Shown here: one piece after another, positions 35,621 through 48,037 of the stretch
How the letters are laid out: the number at the start of each line of letters is the position of its first letter
Position numbering within the stretch: the first letter of the stretch is position 1
NCBI GenBank assembly: GCA_964200185.2
Contig: CAXNAD020000013.1
Coordinates: 1 to 48,428 of the forward strand
Direction of reading: 5' to 3'
Source: Choristocarpus tenellus KU-1152
Taxonomy: Eukaryota; Protista; Phaeophyceae
Length of the DNA: 48,428 bases
Notes under the pieces: model-generated
What the model was told of the DNA's origin: nothing
The model's input: the letters and a program-made list of their open reading frames with translations, nothing else
Databases searched by the model: none
Translations under genes and position numbers: made by a program

Positions 35621-37379
35621 TCAAATAACTTGCACCAATGCGATGACCAGGCTGATTTTGAACTTGATCTGAGGACCGTCTATCTCACATTCTCACATTC
35701 ACTGGCGCCATGGTTGTTCTTCTAGGTACAGTTGTACATATTAATAGACCAAGGAGAGATGCAGCCTTTGGTGATTGAGAGACCTACAATGTGATCGATT
35801 ATACTGTGCAGGAGGGCTTCATTTTAAAAGGATGTATTTATCACCATTGTGGTGACACCATGAGAGTTGCATGGGTTTAAGCTGTCTTTTTTGAGCCACA
35901 GTTTCCCAGTAAGAGGTTTTCAGGGTTTTACATTGGACCAGTTACTTGTGACAGAGACAGGCTGTGAGCAGACTCGTAAATTTTTTTGGTCAGGGTTGGC
36001 TCAGACAAAAGTATATTTGAAGGCAGGGCAGATGTCATTTTTAACCGGACTGCACACATTTATTTTCTATTAGTAGTGTGTTGAAAGTGCCATGTGGTAT
36101 GTTCTTGGGAATATTATATATGAAATTGACATACAGTGGGAACCATGTTCATTTGATAATGAAATACTCTGGGCAGTCATTGGGCGATATATTTTCAGGC
36201 AAACTGGGATCTAAGGATGGAATAGGTCCAAGAATATGCTACAAATGTATTTGAGAATAAATGAATGGAGAGTAAATTGTGATGCACTACTTGTGTAAAC
36301 TGGAAACAGCACAAAAAGAAGTAAATTAATGTAACACAAGAGAATGTCATAAACTGACAACATGTCCAATAATGTTTTCAATACATGTGTGATATTTACT
36401 CAAGAGTAGGACAGTATGTACTGAAATATAGGTAATGTGTTCTGATTTTTGTATGTTGAAAATATGTAACGTGCTACAAAGTACATTGAAGTATTTGGGA
36501 AATATCTTTAGGGGGCTGTTTGCGTATGATAAAATGTACGTTACATTTTACTGTTCTATATTATTTATTGGTAGTAGACAATTAATTCACAATGTTGCTT
36601 CTTGAGTATGAGATTGTGCTGTACCACAAACAGTTTAAATAGAATAAAACATACTTTTTTGTTTAAATTGAATAAAAACATACTTTTTTGACACGGCTGT
36701 CTCAGGAGAAACATGCTTGCCACGTCAAGAACGTGGTTTTAACCAGGCTGAGTTGGGGGACAAGAATATATTGAACTGGGCCACAGGCCTGCCCAACTAA
36801 CTGCCAGTCTGTTGTAAAGCCCTGACTGTGATGCCATGGAACATATTGTAGAGATGCAGGTGCATGAGGTATTCTGGCTGTATGCCAACAGTGGGCCATT
36901 TGAGGAATTCTAATGAAAATGTCTCTAGTGCTTTGCAGGCACCACTCACTGCTGCATAATCAGACCACTTGCTGGATTTACACAGGTACAAGTACAGGAA
37001 GTGATTGATACTAATACATTTTATCTACTTTTCTTCATTCAAGTGATAACCAAATGGTGCATGCTAACTTCAATGTTGAGTTGATCACTCTACCAGTATT
37101 CCCTCATCACTCAGTCACCCCAAGGGCTTACTCTCTGCCCTCCTGTCCTCAAAGTCTTCATGAAGATCCTTCAGTGCTTGCAATAATGGGAGGGGAAGCT
37201 ATCCCAGAACAGCACTATCTAATCTATATCACTTTCTTATTTATACAAGCTGCAACAAAAAATCTGGTTCTGGACACTCATGTCCATTGTGTCATCAAAG
37301 AGGATGCAATCTATACCAGGCATGCCTTCATCTCTCCCAGCTGAAACCCCAGCCCCTGTACCACCCACCAACCTGGGTC

Positions 37380-38790
37380 ACAGCTCATCCAGAGCTTGCT
37401 CTCTCTCTATGCCGTGGTGCCCAAAGCTTTCCACCCTCAAGGTGTTGAGATAAATACCTCAAATATTGAAAGATTTGTCGTAGTGGATGTTCATCTGGTC
37501 GTCGGGGGTAGCAGCAGTAATACCCTTGTTGGAAGACAATTCTCTTATGTGGCAGTCAACTTAGACCTCTGTCAAGGCCAAATTGTATTATGAAAGAGAT
37601 TTGTACAATTACATGGTTGACAATTCAAAAAGAGGGAATGCTGTAACAAGGGGGATAAACTTACTGAATCTCATGGGAAATGGAGGTCTGGATGATGACA
37701 AATGACACAGAGAGAAGAGCGTTCAAGAAGAATTGATTTACAGTTAGAGTCCTCATCCATCAGTATCTTGGTCTTTTGAGCGTCAAATTCAGCCTCGATG
37801 TCAAGGTTGGACTACAAACCGACCTGGATCCTGGAGAAAATATCTGATAGATCATTGCCAGTTAGAGGTGGCAAACAGTCTGCTCTTGGCAAATTTCAAC
37901 CTTGCACACAAAGTATCAAAAACTGTTGTGATGTCAATCAAGATACTGTCTGGTGAAGGCAGTCTTCGATTAGCATAACCCCTTGTTGGACCGTACCTGA
38001 GCATGGATGAGGCAAGTGCAACAATCATGTAGTGAAGAAATAAATAAAGGTACCCCAATCTTTCTGGCAAAACTGCCAACCGACTCATTACACACCCTTA
38101 CGCCATCTTGCCAGTATCACACTCCAGGGAACTGTGGAAAAGTGCGATAGCAGGGAAGACTCTCAAGACTGTCCCCAGAATGAGCATGAAGTGTGATAGA
38201 CATTTGCACCGATGGTAACTGGGATAGTCCCCTCAACATATTCAAGGATGGGTTGAGGGTTCAGCATGGACGTAGTAGTGGTGGTTTTTTTAGCGTATCT
38301 CAAGCATGTCCACAATGCTACCATTCCCTAAATATGATTATGGAGTGAGGGCTGACCAGTCCCTGAAACACTCCAGATCTTTCTTTCAATTTCTCAATTT
38401 TTTGTTCAAAGATGTTTGGTGTGGGCAATAAGGTGTTACAGAATTCATGCTCGTACAGACAGCCTACAATATACTGAAGATAGTGCATCCCTTGTTTCTT
38501 CAAATGGGTGTTGTGGCCATGACTAAACAGATCCTTAAACGTTTTGTACCTTCACTGGGTCTTATTATGGTGGTTTACCTCTATACACTTTCCACTCAGA
38601 CTTGATTTCAGAAACTGCCTGAGAGGAGTATATTAACAAATTCACAAATGATACAGAGAGGATGGACACCCCCCTCAAGATGGAAACGCCATCCACCTGT
38701 TGGAACGATGCAACTCTCTGTTGCCAGTTGTCCTTCACACACCAAACTTCTTCGTGGTTGAGTTCTTCAAGCAATGAATTTCTCACAATA
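37380..38790 (-). mobile_element. Decayed CRE-like (restriction-like-endonuclease) non-LTR retrotransposon, 3' part
   Basis: Minus-strand fragments occur in the expected order: LNHEEVW...DGVSILRGVSILSVSFV (cf. GxxxLGxPIGSxxFV), KIEKLKER..LVSPHSIIIFR, SRLAVLPERLGYL (cf. xxLAxLPxRxGGLG), TLRVESFGHHGIEREQALDEL*PRL (cf. PLAVESFGxxGxxAxxxLxxL). Multiple stops. Confidence 0.5.
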
Positions 38791-39317
38791 GATTATTGGA
38801 TGTTTCTATCCCTTGCTGTAGTGTGCATGAATGGTCATGACTCTGATAGATTCAACAAAAAATATGTCACCATAGTAAGTCAGACCCCACCATCCCCTCA
38901 TCAAGATATTCCTTACTGTGCTATGGTACAACAATGTGATCAGAACTCCTGTACTTGTGGGTGTCCCAAAATACTACACAACATACACTGCTGTTCCAAA
39001 GTAACCAACAACCAAACACTGTATTATCAACCTGTCTAGTTTTCCTTTTCACTGGCCATCAACTATGCCTCTAATCTCTTAACATATGCCCAGTACTTCT
39101 AGTAGGCATGGTCATCTTATGTAACGCCTAGTGCAGCAGTTGTTGCATTGAGTGAGAAGCACAGTGATGCAATAGCCTCCTTACAAAGTGTGAGACATCA
39201 TGCGTGGTGATACTACAAAAAAGGTCTCAAAAGTATAATGCATGACAAGTACACAAGAGGAATTCGTCGCAAGTACTGACTACATCAAGCATTTAGAATA
39301 TTGTCCCCACATTATCA

Positions 39318-42300
39318 TTAAAAGGGGGGGGTGAGGACCTCATTCCCAAACTGAATCGAGCCTGGAGTTTCCTCCAGACGAAGCCAGTCATCAGGTGCTA
39401 GAGGGATTTGTCGCTTTAGCTGTTTCATGCTTGTGATTTTTGGCTGAACACGAAGCACTTCTCTGGCCCTTTCAAGAAGGTCAGGTGTATTATACAGGAG
39501 AATACCAGCCACCTGAAAAAGTTCATTAAGAGACAAATGCAAATTTGTGATGTTTATTAATACTTGAAAAAAAAAAACTATTTGGGATACTTTGCGTTGA
39601 AAGCAGCACACAAGCTGTATCCACAGTGAGGTTAGATTCACCAGAACAAAAAGGGTTTGTAACAGTGAATTGACACTACCATGCACAAGAACAGTACATG
39701 GATAGCAGTTGAAGTATTTCACAAGGCTGTCACCGAGGTCAAAAAAGCACAACATCAGAGCTCAGTTTGACTAAGGAACCAAGGAGGCTTTGAGTGTTGC
39801 ACCATTTTTACACAAAAGGCACACAGACACACACACACCTTGACCACATTGCACTCCAGTATATAAAATTAAAAACCATCCAATTGTTCAGATCTAGACT
39901 ATCTTGCTTTTCTTTGTCAAACAACAATCATAACAAAACAGAGAGAAGGCAATAAAATGTAACATCCTAATACTCACTGGATAGGTGGATAGGTCATTGA
40001 ACACTACAGCTCTCGTATTGGAACAGTCCTTCTACATTTCATAGACTGAGGTGTGCAGGAATTGATCAGGACCAAGAGCAAGAAGAGTGGATCTGAACAA
40101 GAAGTTAAAATCAAAATAGGTCTAATACAGATGAAAGCATAAACTCATTCAAAACACTACCAAAATAGAGGTACACCTTGTCCCCACGAAGGTAGTATAC
40201 AATCCCTCTCTGATAGGTAGGGCCCTTCACCGGAAATGTCACGCCATCCTCTTCTTCAAAGTCAATGTCTTCTGCTCGGTCAACCCACATACCCACAGTG
40301 CGTAACCTTGTTCAAGAAGTACAAGGGGAGGTTCAAAGAAGTACAGAGTACAAAGAAGTATAGAGTGCAGTGTACAAAGAAGTACAAGGGGAGGTTCAAA
40401 GAAGTACAGAGTACAAAGAAGTATAGAGTGCAGTGTACAAAGAAGCACAAAGGGGGGTTCAAAATCAGCCAACCATGAAGGTGCAGGCCTTCCAGTCCCA
40501 GATAGTTATCACTCTGGAGTACCCACAGTACAAATCAATGTACTAGTATGGCACACAAATGCTACTATTCCTTCCAAGAATTAACTTGATGAAAAAGGAT
40601 ATGTGGTAATGATGATGACAAGGACAACCATAATACTATACACAACACCATACACAACACTATACATAACACTCTAGGGTATACAAAAGGAACTGTGTAC
40701 ATAAGTAAAAGCTCTGGTTTATATATATTACAACAATGATTCAAGTCTATGGAGGGGCGGGTGGTTCAAAGAAGGTATACCCGAATGCATTTTGACTGGA
40801 AGAGATACAACAGTGAGGCACATGTTTCAGTTATTTCAAAGATGTCATTTGACACATTTTCCTTGGCAAACAGACCTTGTGGTTGTGTTAGAACATTCTT
40901 GAGGATTGGTTCTACAGTTGCTAGTGATGTGTGTGGGATGAAGTTAATCCATTCAAAATGCAATATTTTTTCAAGAGATTTTGAGATATGTAGATAGAGA
41001 TATATGGAGAGAGAGAGAGAGAGAGAGAGGTTCTGTTTTGTGCTGCAATAAGGAACTCTCATTTCAACTCATTTGAAGTCCTACGGCCTCCACACCAAGG
41101 TTAGCCTACATCCTCAACACCTGGGTTAGCCTCCACTCACCAATATCATTTTACTATTTAATATTGAATTTAACTTTTACTCTTCTAGAAATACTGGGTA
41201 TCTGGTGATGGTGTTTGTCAGTTGTAGATGATATTTCCAAAATTAGATTAGATTAGAATGAAGGTAAAACAAGTCTAAAAAAAAAACTCTCAAATGGACA
41301 AGAAGAGACTCTACTTGTTTGTTTTACTATACTTTGACGCCTTCCATTGACAATCCAATCATTCCCTTCATTGACAATCCACTCATTCCCTCCACAAAAA
41401 AACATTGAAACTCATCACAAGATTGAATATTCAATATTGAATGTTGCATATTGAATATTGAAAAACACGCTGCCAATCTGTGTGCCCATGGATACTGAAA
41501 CAACTCTCAAAGGCTGGTAAGGGACAGCTACAGCATGTACCAAGTACTTCTAGGTCATTAGAGGGACTTCAGACCAGAAAGGGTACTATTGTGGGTCACC
41601 TAGGGGCAAAAAGGGGTACATGTCAACAATAGTAGTGGCTTGGAGTATACCCCTGTGTTCCAGACCAAAATAGGCACCATACTCTCATTGCTTATCCCTT
41701 CCATACAGAAAATGAATCAGCCTGCTGGTGACCCTTTTTGGACCCCTTTTTGGACCAAATATGTGTGGTTATATCCCCTTTTGTTGATTCTTCTGTATGA
41801 AGCGAAGGACACCATAACTAGTAGTTTCAACAAAAGCAAAGCATGTAAGAACTATCTACACTCAACTGGTCAAAGTTGAAGAACATCACCAATACACATG
41901 CACAAACCCTTCCTTCCCCAGTGTACACCTTCAATCCAAAGGTCCAAGATATACATAATAATATGTTCCTACAGCTAACACCTGCATGGCAAACCTCCTT
42001 GACAACACATCTGTGGGCATTCCAAGGGAATACAGCACTCTAATTTTGGACTAAGAAGATAATTTAATCTTGGTCTCAAACAGATAACTCTGACTTCAAA
42101 CAAAATATATATACACCTACCAAAGGCATGGAATGGAATGTACACATGTCGAAATGATTGCCCCACCTGGCATCAATTTCTCCCACTCCCTCCATCAAGA
42201 TGTCACAATCCTTCAAGTGTGATCGCCAAATAGGTTGGTGTGTGTATGCTCGAGGGTGTGGACCTGGAGGTGGCCTGGCATCAAGCACCACCCAGTGATG

Positions 42301-45300
42301 ACACAAACCATCACACAGACCATCACAAAAAATAAAAAACAAAGAGCATGGGCATAAATCAGATAAACAAATTTGTGTGAACATGAGTGCAATCTTAAGG
42401 CAGACAGACAGATAAGAGTGAGAAGACATGGAAATAATCCCAGGTAATGAATGAAGACCAGGATAAAAGGACATGCAAAAAATTGACTGAAATCCTTTAA
42501 CACAAACAACCAACAATACAATACAACAATACAATAATACAATACAACACTAAACAGTCCACACCTCAGAAAATGTAAACCTGCGATATATAGTTACACA
42601 GTACAAAAAAATAGTTACACAGTACAAAAAATATAGTTGAGGCACCAGACAACACTGGAATAAGCAGAGTGACTAGACATTGACTATCATTCTATCCACT
42701 TGGTGGACTGTATCAATGCATATTGTGGACCAAATGAGTTCAAGCATTTGCCAAACAAGAGATGCTAGAGAGGAAATACCCCCCAGTGCAGTCCTGACAT
42801 GGGACAATCTGCATAGAGGAAATAGCCTCAAAGAAGTGTCCGGGAAAATAACTCAGAAAATAATGGATGGTATTTGATGGTATTTGATGGTATTTAATGG
42901 TACATAACAAATGGACTTGGACGCTTGTTGGACAGCAGACATTTTATGCAAGGTGTTACAAATGTGTACATGTGTTACATACACATACATATATATAGAG
43001 AGAGAGATTTTCCTTTTCTTTGTGACAAGTTTTTTTTTCTCCTTACATAGTTTTTCTTTTTTTATAACATCTCCCACCACAGGTTTGTGAAGATCAAACT
43101 AATAACAATAATAATATTAGTAATAATAATAATAACAATTCAGCAAACTGACTGTGGGCGTTGTGCTGGCAATGTATGCTAGGTAACACATGTTACAAGC
43201 AATGGTGACCAATACTACCCCATCAACAATAACTCAGGCACACTCCTAGCACTAAACAACAGAACATGAAGACTAAATATACTCTGATGATAGAGCTAGA
43301 CCAGGTTTTTACAAGGACACCAAGTCATAGCTGGAACATGCTTGTCACATAGATGTGACAAGTTATTCCTGGCACAGTGATGGGATGAAACCTTAACCAC
43401 ATCAGAAGATTCAAGATCTCCCATCTTCCTCTCTTTTGAATCTACTCCCTCAAAGTGATCGCAATGATAAATAATCAACGATAAATAAATTAATTTCATT
43501 AAATAAAAAATTAAAAGTAAAAAGAAAGATGTGGGGATAATAAGCAATCTGCAACAACTCTTAACACAAATGTGAGTTGTGTTGTGTCAGTAGTCAGTGC
43601 CATAAGGTAGGTAAACCAACCCCTAACTCCTAAGACCATCAGTTGTGACAATAACAGACTCAACACGTTCAATTGATCAAGACAATTCTGTTCAGTCAAT
43701 AGAAAGACAATTATGTTCAGTCAATAGAAAGACTCAACACCCAACTATTGGATGCCCCACATCATGCCTCACCTCACCTCACAACACAGCCTTCACACGC
43801 ATGTTAATCCATTTTAATCCACTTTAATCCACCTTAATATACCTTAATCCACTTTCATCCCTTCAAGTACTACCTGGTATATCACAAACTCTTTTGCCCC
43901 AATCAAATTGATACTATGATGCTCAGAAATTCCATTGAACAGTACCATTGATTCACACTATCACTAACAATACTAACAATAATAACAATAATAATACTAT
44001 TGGTCCATCTTGAAGTGCTTGAGTGTGTGTGCATGACAACTGGATCAACATAGACAACAATTCCAGTCCCATTGACCAACAGAGACAAGTGAGTGAATAC
44101 ACAACATCATTATTTACCATGGTGTTAAGTAAAATGCAATATATGCTGGTCCAGAGTCATCAGAGACTTTAAAGGAAGACCAGCCTGGCCAGTAAATCAT
44201 CTTGATCTAGTTGTTAGAGGATAAGACTCCAGGGATTTCAACAAAACAAATACATTCCCACATTCATTAACTTCACACATTTAGTTCGTACAAATTGGGG
44301 GATGGCCCAGACATGTTTTGACCAGGCCAGTAGGGTTCCAATACTTCAGTATTCAGGATTTGTCAGAGATCTTAATGACCCAGTAAAACAAGCACCATGA
44401 GGTGGACCATCAGAGGTCTTAACCAGACCATCAGAGGTCTTAACCAGACCGGCCTTCGCCCCCAGTCCTGTCAGTCAACCCAATCAACAACTGCATGTCC
44501 TGTCTCTCCATTGGGTGATGAACTCTCTTTCATGATGTATGGTGACGAACTCTCTTTCATCTCTTTCATGATGTATGGTGATGAACTATTCTTCTTCACG
44601 AGATTTGTGGAGTGTTCACAACCAGGAAGATGTCCAATCACATCTAGTGCCTCTTTACAGGCATGACTCACAACTTACCATAGAGAGATATTGAACTTGA
44701 GCATTGCCCTCACACCATAACACCAAATGGTTCCAGCTTCCATGTGTTTGACTCTCATACCACACAACCCTTGAGTGTACACCCTTGAGTGACTCTTATT
44801 TTGACTCTACAAGAGTCAGATGGTGTTGGCAATATCGGGATTGGCAGAGGAATACATTGGCAAGACACTCACTGACTCACTAAGGCCATCACAATCATCA
44901 TTATTACCATAACACACTACCGGTCAATCACACAGACCAGTATCAACAAGTCACTCAAGAGGACTGGCCTCTTAATCAACACAAACAGGCTTTCAGGGCC
45001 AAGGGCATCAAAACAATGATAATAACAATAATAATAATAATAATAAGGTATAAAAGTACGCAATAAACTAATCCATAAAATATAGCCCCTGATACCACAG
45101 TAGCATTGGGTGACAACAAAAGGTACAACCAGGGATCAGAAAGAAAATAAAACAGAATGTAAATCTGCTGTACAACACACCTACAAAAGGTGCAATTCTG
45201 TACATACTTTTATACCTTATGATTATTATTATTGGTCTGAGGGACCCCAAATTAATGGCAAAGAAAAAATAGTCCAAAGAAGGCAATACACACTGTTTGA

Positions 45301-47927
45301 GAAAGGAAATAAAAAATAATAAAATAGAAAAAGAAAAATGTATAAATTCAGTTTATAGTCAACAGGATATTCAAGAGTATTTTTGTAATGTGTACTACTT
45401 CAAAGAGCTGAGTATTAATGTTAGTCTCTTACCTCCTTGTTGTGTTCACAATGTGTCCATCACCCCTCTTGTGTACCTCTTGAAGGACACTTACTTTGTC
45501 TCTGTCATTTTGAGTGGCCTTGAGAGTTGCAGCCATATTATACCCTTTTTTGACACACCATCAAACACACAACATTTTGACATTTACTTGTTAGAGACAA
45601 AATCAGAGTGCACATGACAACAATCATATCGATGTACCCTTTTTTGACACACCATCAAACACACAACATGTCAACATTCCTACAATCATTTGTTGAAGTA
45701 CAAAATATATCAATAATACACCAATCATACATCAATCATACATCAGATTGTTTGTAGCCAGTAAGTGCTACATCTGTTCCTGCACAGATCACCAACGATG
45801 CAACAATACAAACACCATGGAAACTGGAAAGATCTTCAAGTTACAACAACAATCCTAAAACAATATTACAACAATACTATAACAATACTATAACAATACT
45901 ATAACAATACTATAACAATACTACAACAATACTACAACAATACTACAACAATACTACAACAATACTGCAATAATACTACAACAATACTACAACAATACTA
46001 CAACAATACTACAACAATACATGTCCTGGTTTGTTGACGCTCTTCCCTTGTATATATGTATCTCCTCTTGTCACATTCCACATCCACCAACAGATGTCAA
46101 ATTCTCACTATTCTCACTATGGTTGTTAGTTGCGGCACTGTTACTATTCTCATGTTTTCTCATGTTTTCTATGACATAAACATGAATATCCCATTTATTG
46201 GCAACAATATCACACTAAAGGTACAGTTCCTTAGGGTACACCTCTCAAAATGAGCAAGCCAACCACATCCAGACACAACTCAAAATACAGGAAAATGAAT
46301 TTTGGATACCAAATTGGGTGACACATTTCAACTAAAGTAGGTGGTTGACTTGAAATAACCCACTAAATGGAATGGCTTCTTCAAGCACTAATTGTTACAC
46401 TGGAGTAACAATTGTCATGTACAAAGAATCTTCATAAATTGAAACATATGCTGTTCGAACTATTAAGCACTGTCTAAGGTCCTACTATAATGTGTGTAAA
46501 ATGAATCAAGGTTAAAGCTCCTCAAATCTCACCAGCACACAGTCCAGAATTGACTGAGTGGTCATAGCGATCTATCCTTCGCCTTCCAAGTGCTGGATCA
46601 AAGTATGAAGCAAGGTTTCCAGCGGCATAGACTCCATTAGCTGCCTCAAAGAGTCCATTAACCATGATCCCACCATTGTTCTGCAACGAGTCAGTCTTAG
46701 AGTTAGGGTTAGGACATGGAATTACATCAACAATATTACAATTATTACCATCTCCAGTCACTTGAGGTGGGTACAGAGTGTGTGACCAATCGTTACGTTA
46801 ATTATTTATCTTAGAAAGTATGGTATCAAAGAATGAGATCAAGTTCAAAGCAGTTACAGTCAATGGTGATTGATTATTTTCACCTTTCTAAGATCATTCT
46901 TGGCAACAAAAACACATCACATCACATCACATCACATCTATGACATGGTCAACCTTCACCATTATCAGCTGCCAAAGACTCAAGGGAGTGAACACAGCGA
47001 AACCTCTCTGCATCAAGTAGTAGTATCATAGTACCAACAAAAGTCCAACATCAAGACACAGGAAAGTGAACATCTATCATATTTTGACTAAGAGGCACAA
47101 CAGAGAGGAAAGTTAACATTTCAATATGTACAATCTCAATGCTATACATATAATCAATAAATATCAAATACTACTAGTTGTGTGTGCTAGGTAAGGAACA
47201 AAATTTCCCACTGTTCATGGGTGCGTAAAGCATTTTGTTGAGCACAATATTTGAAATAGCACAAATTTCAACTGCTCCGATACAGTTATAAAAGAAAGGT
47301 CTTGAAGATCAATGACTGAATTTGAAATGTTCTGTTTCTGTTGTATGAGGCATTTCTTCAAGATCAACTATTTGAATTTGAACTGTTCTGTTATATTTTT
47401 TAAGGGACCACTCCTGAAGATCACTCTTTGAAATTAAACCGTTCTGATATGGTTGTAAGAGGTAATCTATTGAACAAATTTTTGGATTTAAACTGTTACA
47501 TCTTGAAGAGGCAACTCTTCAAGGTTATATTATTAATTTGTACTATTCGGTTACACTGTTATTAAGAGGCAACCCTTGAGGATCAACTTTTGAATTTGAA
47601 CTATTCTGTTGCAGTTTTGAGAGGTGACTCTTTTTAAATCAATGTTTAGACTTCAACTGTTCTGTTACAGTTTTAAGATGCAGTTCTTCGAGATCAACCA
47701 CTACATCAATACTAACAGTCCTCAATAGTCAGACTAATAGCATTCAATTCCAGTACTTACAATAAGGAAAGTGTACACTCACCTGGTCAATCTCTAACCC
47801 ACTCTCTCGGGCAACATCAACCTTAGGTTCAATGTGAGTAGATGCCAGAATAATGTAATCTGTTTCCAGTGTCTGTTTTGCCCACCCCTGGAGAATAACC
47901 TCCACCTGCTTCGCTTCTGAGTCATAC
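39318..47927 (-). CDS. Apoptosis-inducing-factor (AIFM1/PDCD8)-like FAD-dependent oxidoreductase, 3' part; 5' exons lie beyond the window
   Basis: Exons 47927-47783, 46680-46533, 45544-45433 (less sure), 42274-42167, 40306-40177 and 39512-39318, phases consistent. An alternative end uses a donor at 39338 and a final exon 37830-37801. The sequence IEPKVDVARESGLEIDQNNGGIMVNGLFEAANGVYAAGNLASYFDPALGRRRIDRYDHSVNSGLCAGYNMA...AYTHQPIWRSHL..MEGVGEIDARLRTVGMW...YQRGIVYYLRGDKVAGILLYN follows the AIF C-terminal half. Confidence 0.85.
40315..40462. repeat. 63-bp tandem repeat (about 2.3 copies) abutting an AIF-like 3' splice site
   Basis: agaagtacaaggggaggttcaaagaagtacagagtacaaagaagtatagagtgcagtgtacaa starts at 40315 and 40378, with a partial third copy. 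Confidence 0.9.
44406..44590. repeat. Short tandem duplications in an AIF-like intron (21-bp x2; about 27-bp x3 degenerate)
   Basis: gaccatcagaggtcttaacca x2 (44406-44450); ggtga(t/c)gaact(ctctttcatgatgtat) x3 (44514-44590). Confidence 0.8.
45860..46020. repeat. 11-bp minisatellite (ACAATACTAYA)n, about 14 copies
   Basis: acaatactata units followed by acaatactaca units. Confidence 0.95.
47262..47700. repeat. Old degenerate tandem repeat, about 55-bp unit, about 8 copies
   Basis: Recurring TCTTSAAGATCAA...TTTGAATTTGAACTGTTCTGTTAC..TTKTAAGAGGCAA at a period of about 55 bp. Confidence 0.8.
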
Positions 47928-48037
47928 CTGACAATCAAGATAATCATGATTCATAAATAAGGTAATCAACAAATAACCATATAATCATAAAATAATCATA
48001 AAAATATCAACAAGAAGATAATCAACAAATACTCGCA

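Noticed and set aside
2680-43321. Weak inverted similarity between 2680-2733 and 43268-43321 (also 2440-2472 and 44203-44243)
   Set aside because: About 60% identity over short spans. Probably an old dispersed repeat, but not supportable by eye.
43402-43449. GVDSKERKMGDLESSDVVK block as an extra AIF-like exon
   Set aside because: It has a poor (GAG) acceptor, and its phase-0 end does not fit the next conserved exon.
1472-47927. AMPD + LETM1-like + AIF-like as a functional energy/mitochondrial gene cluster
   Set aside because: These are ordinary eukaryotic neighbours with separate promoters, and the sequence gives no evidence of co-regulation.
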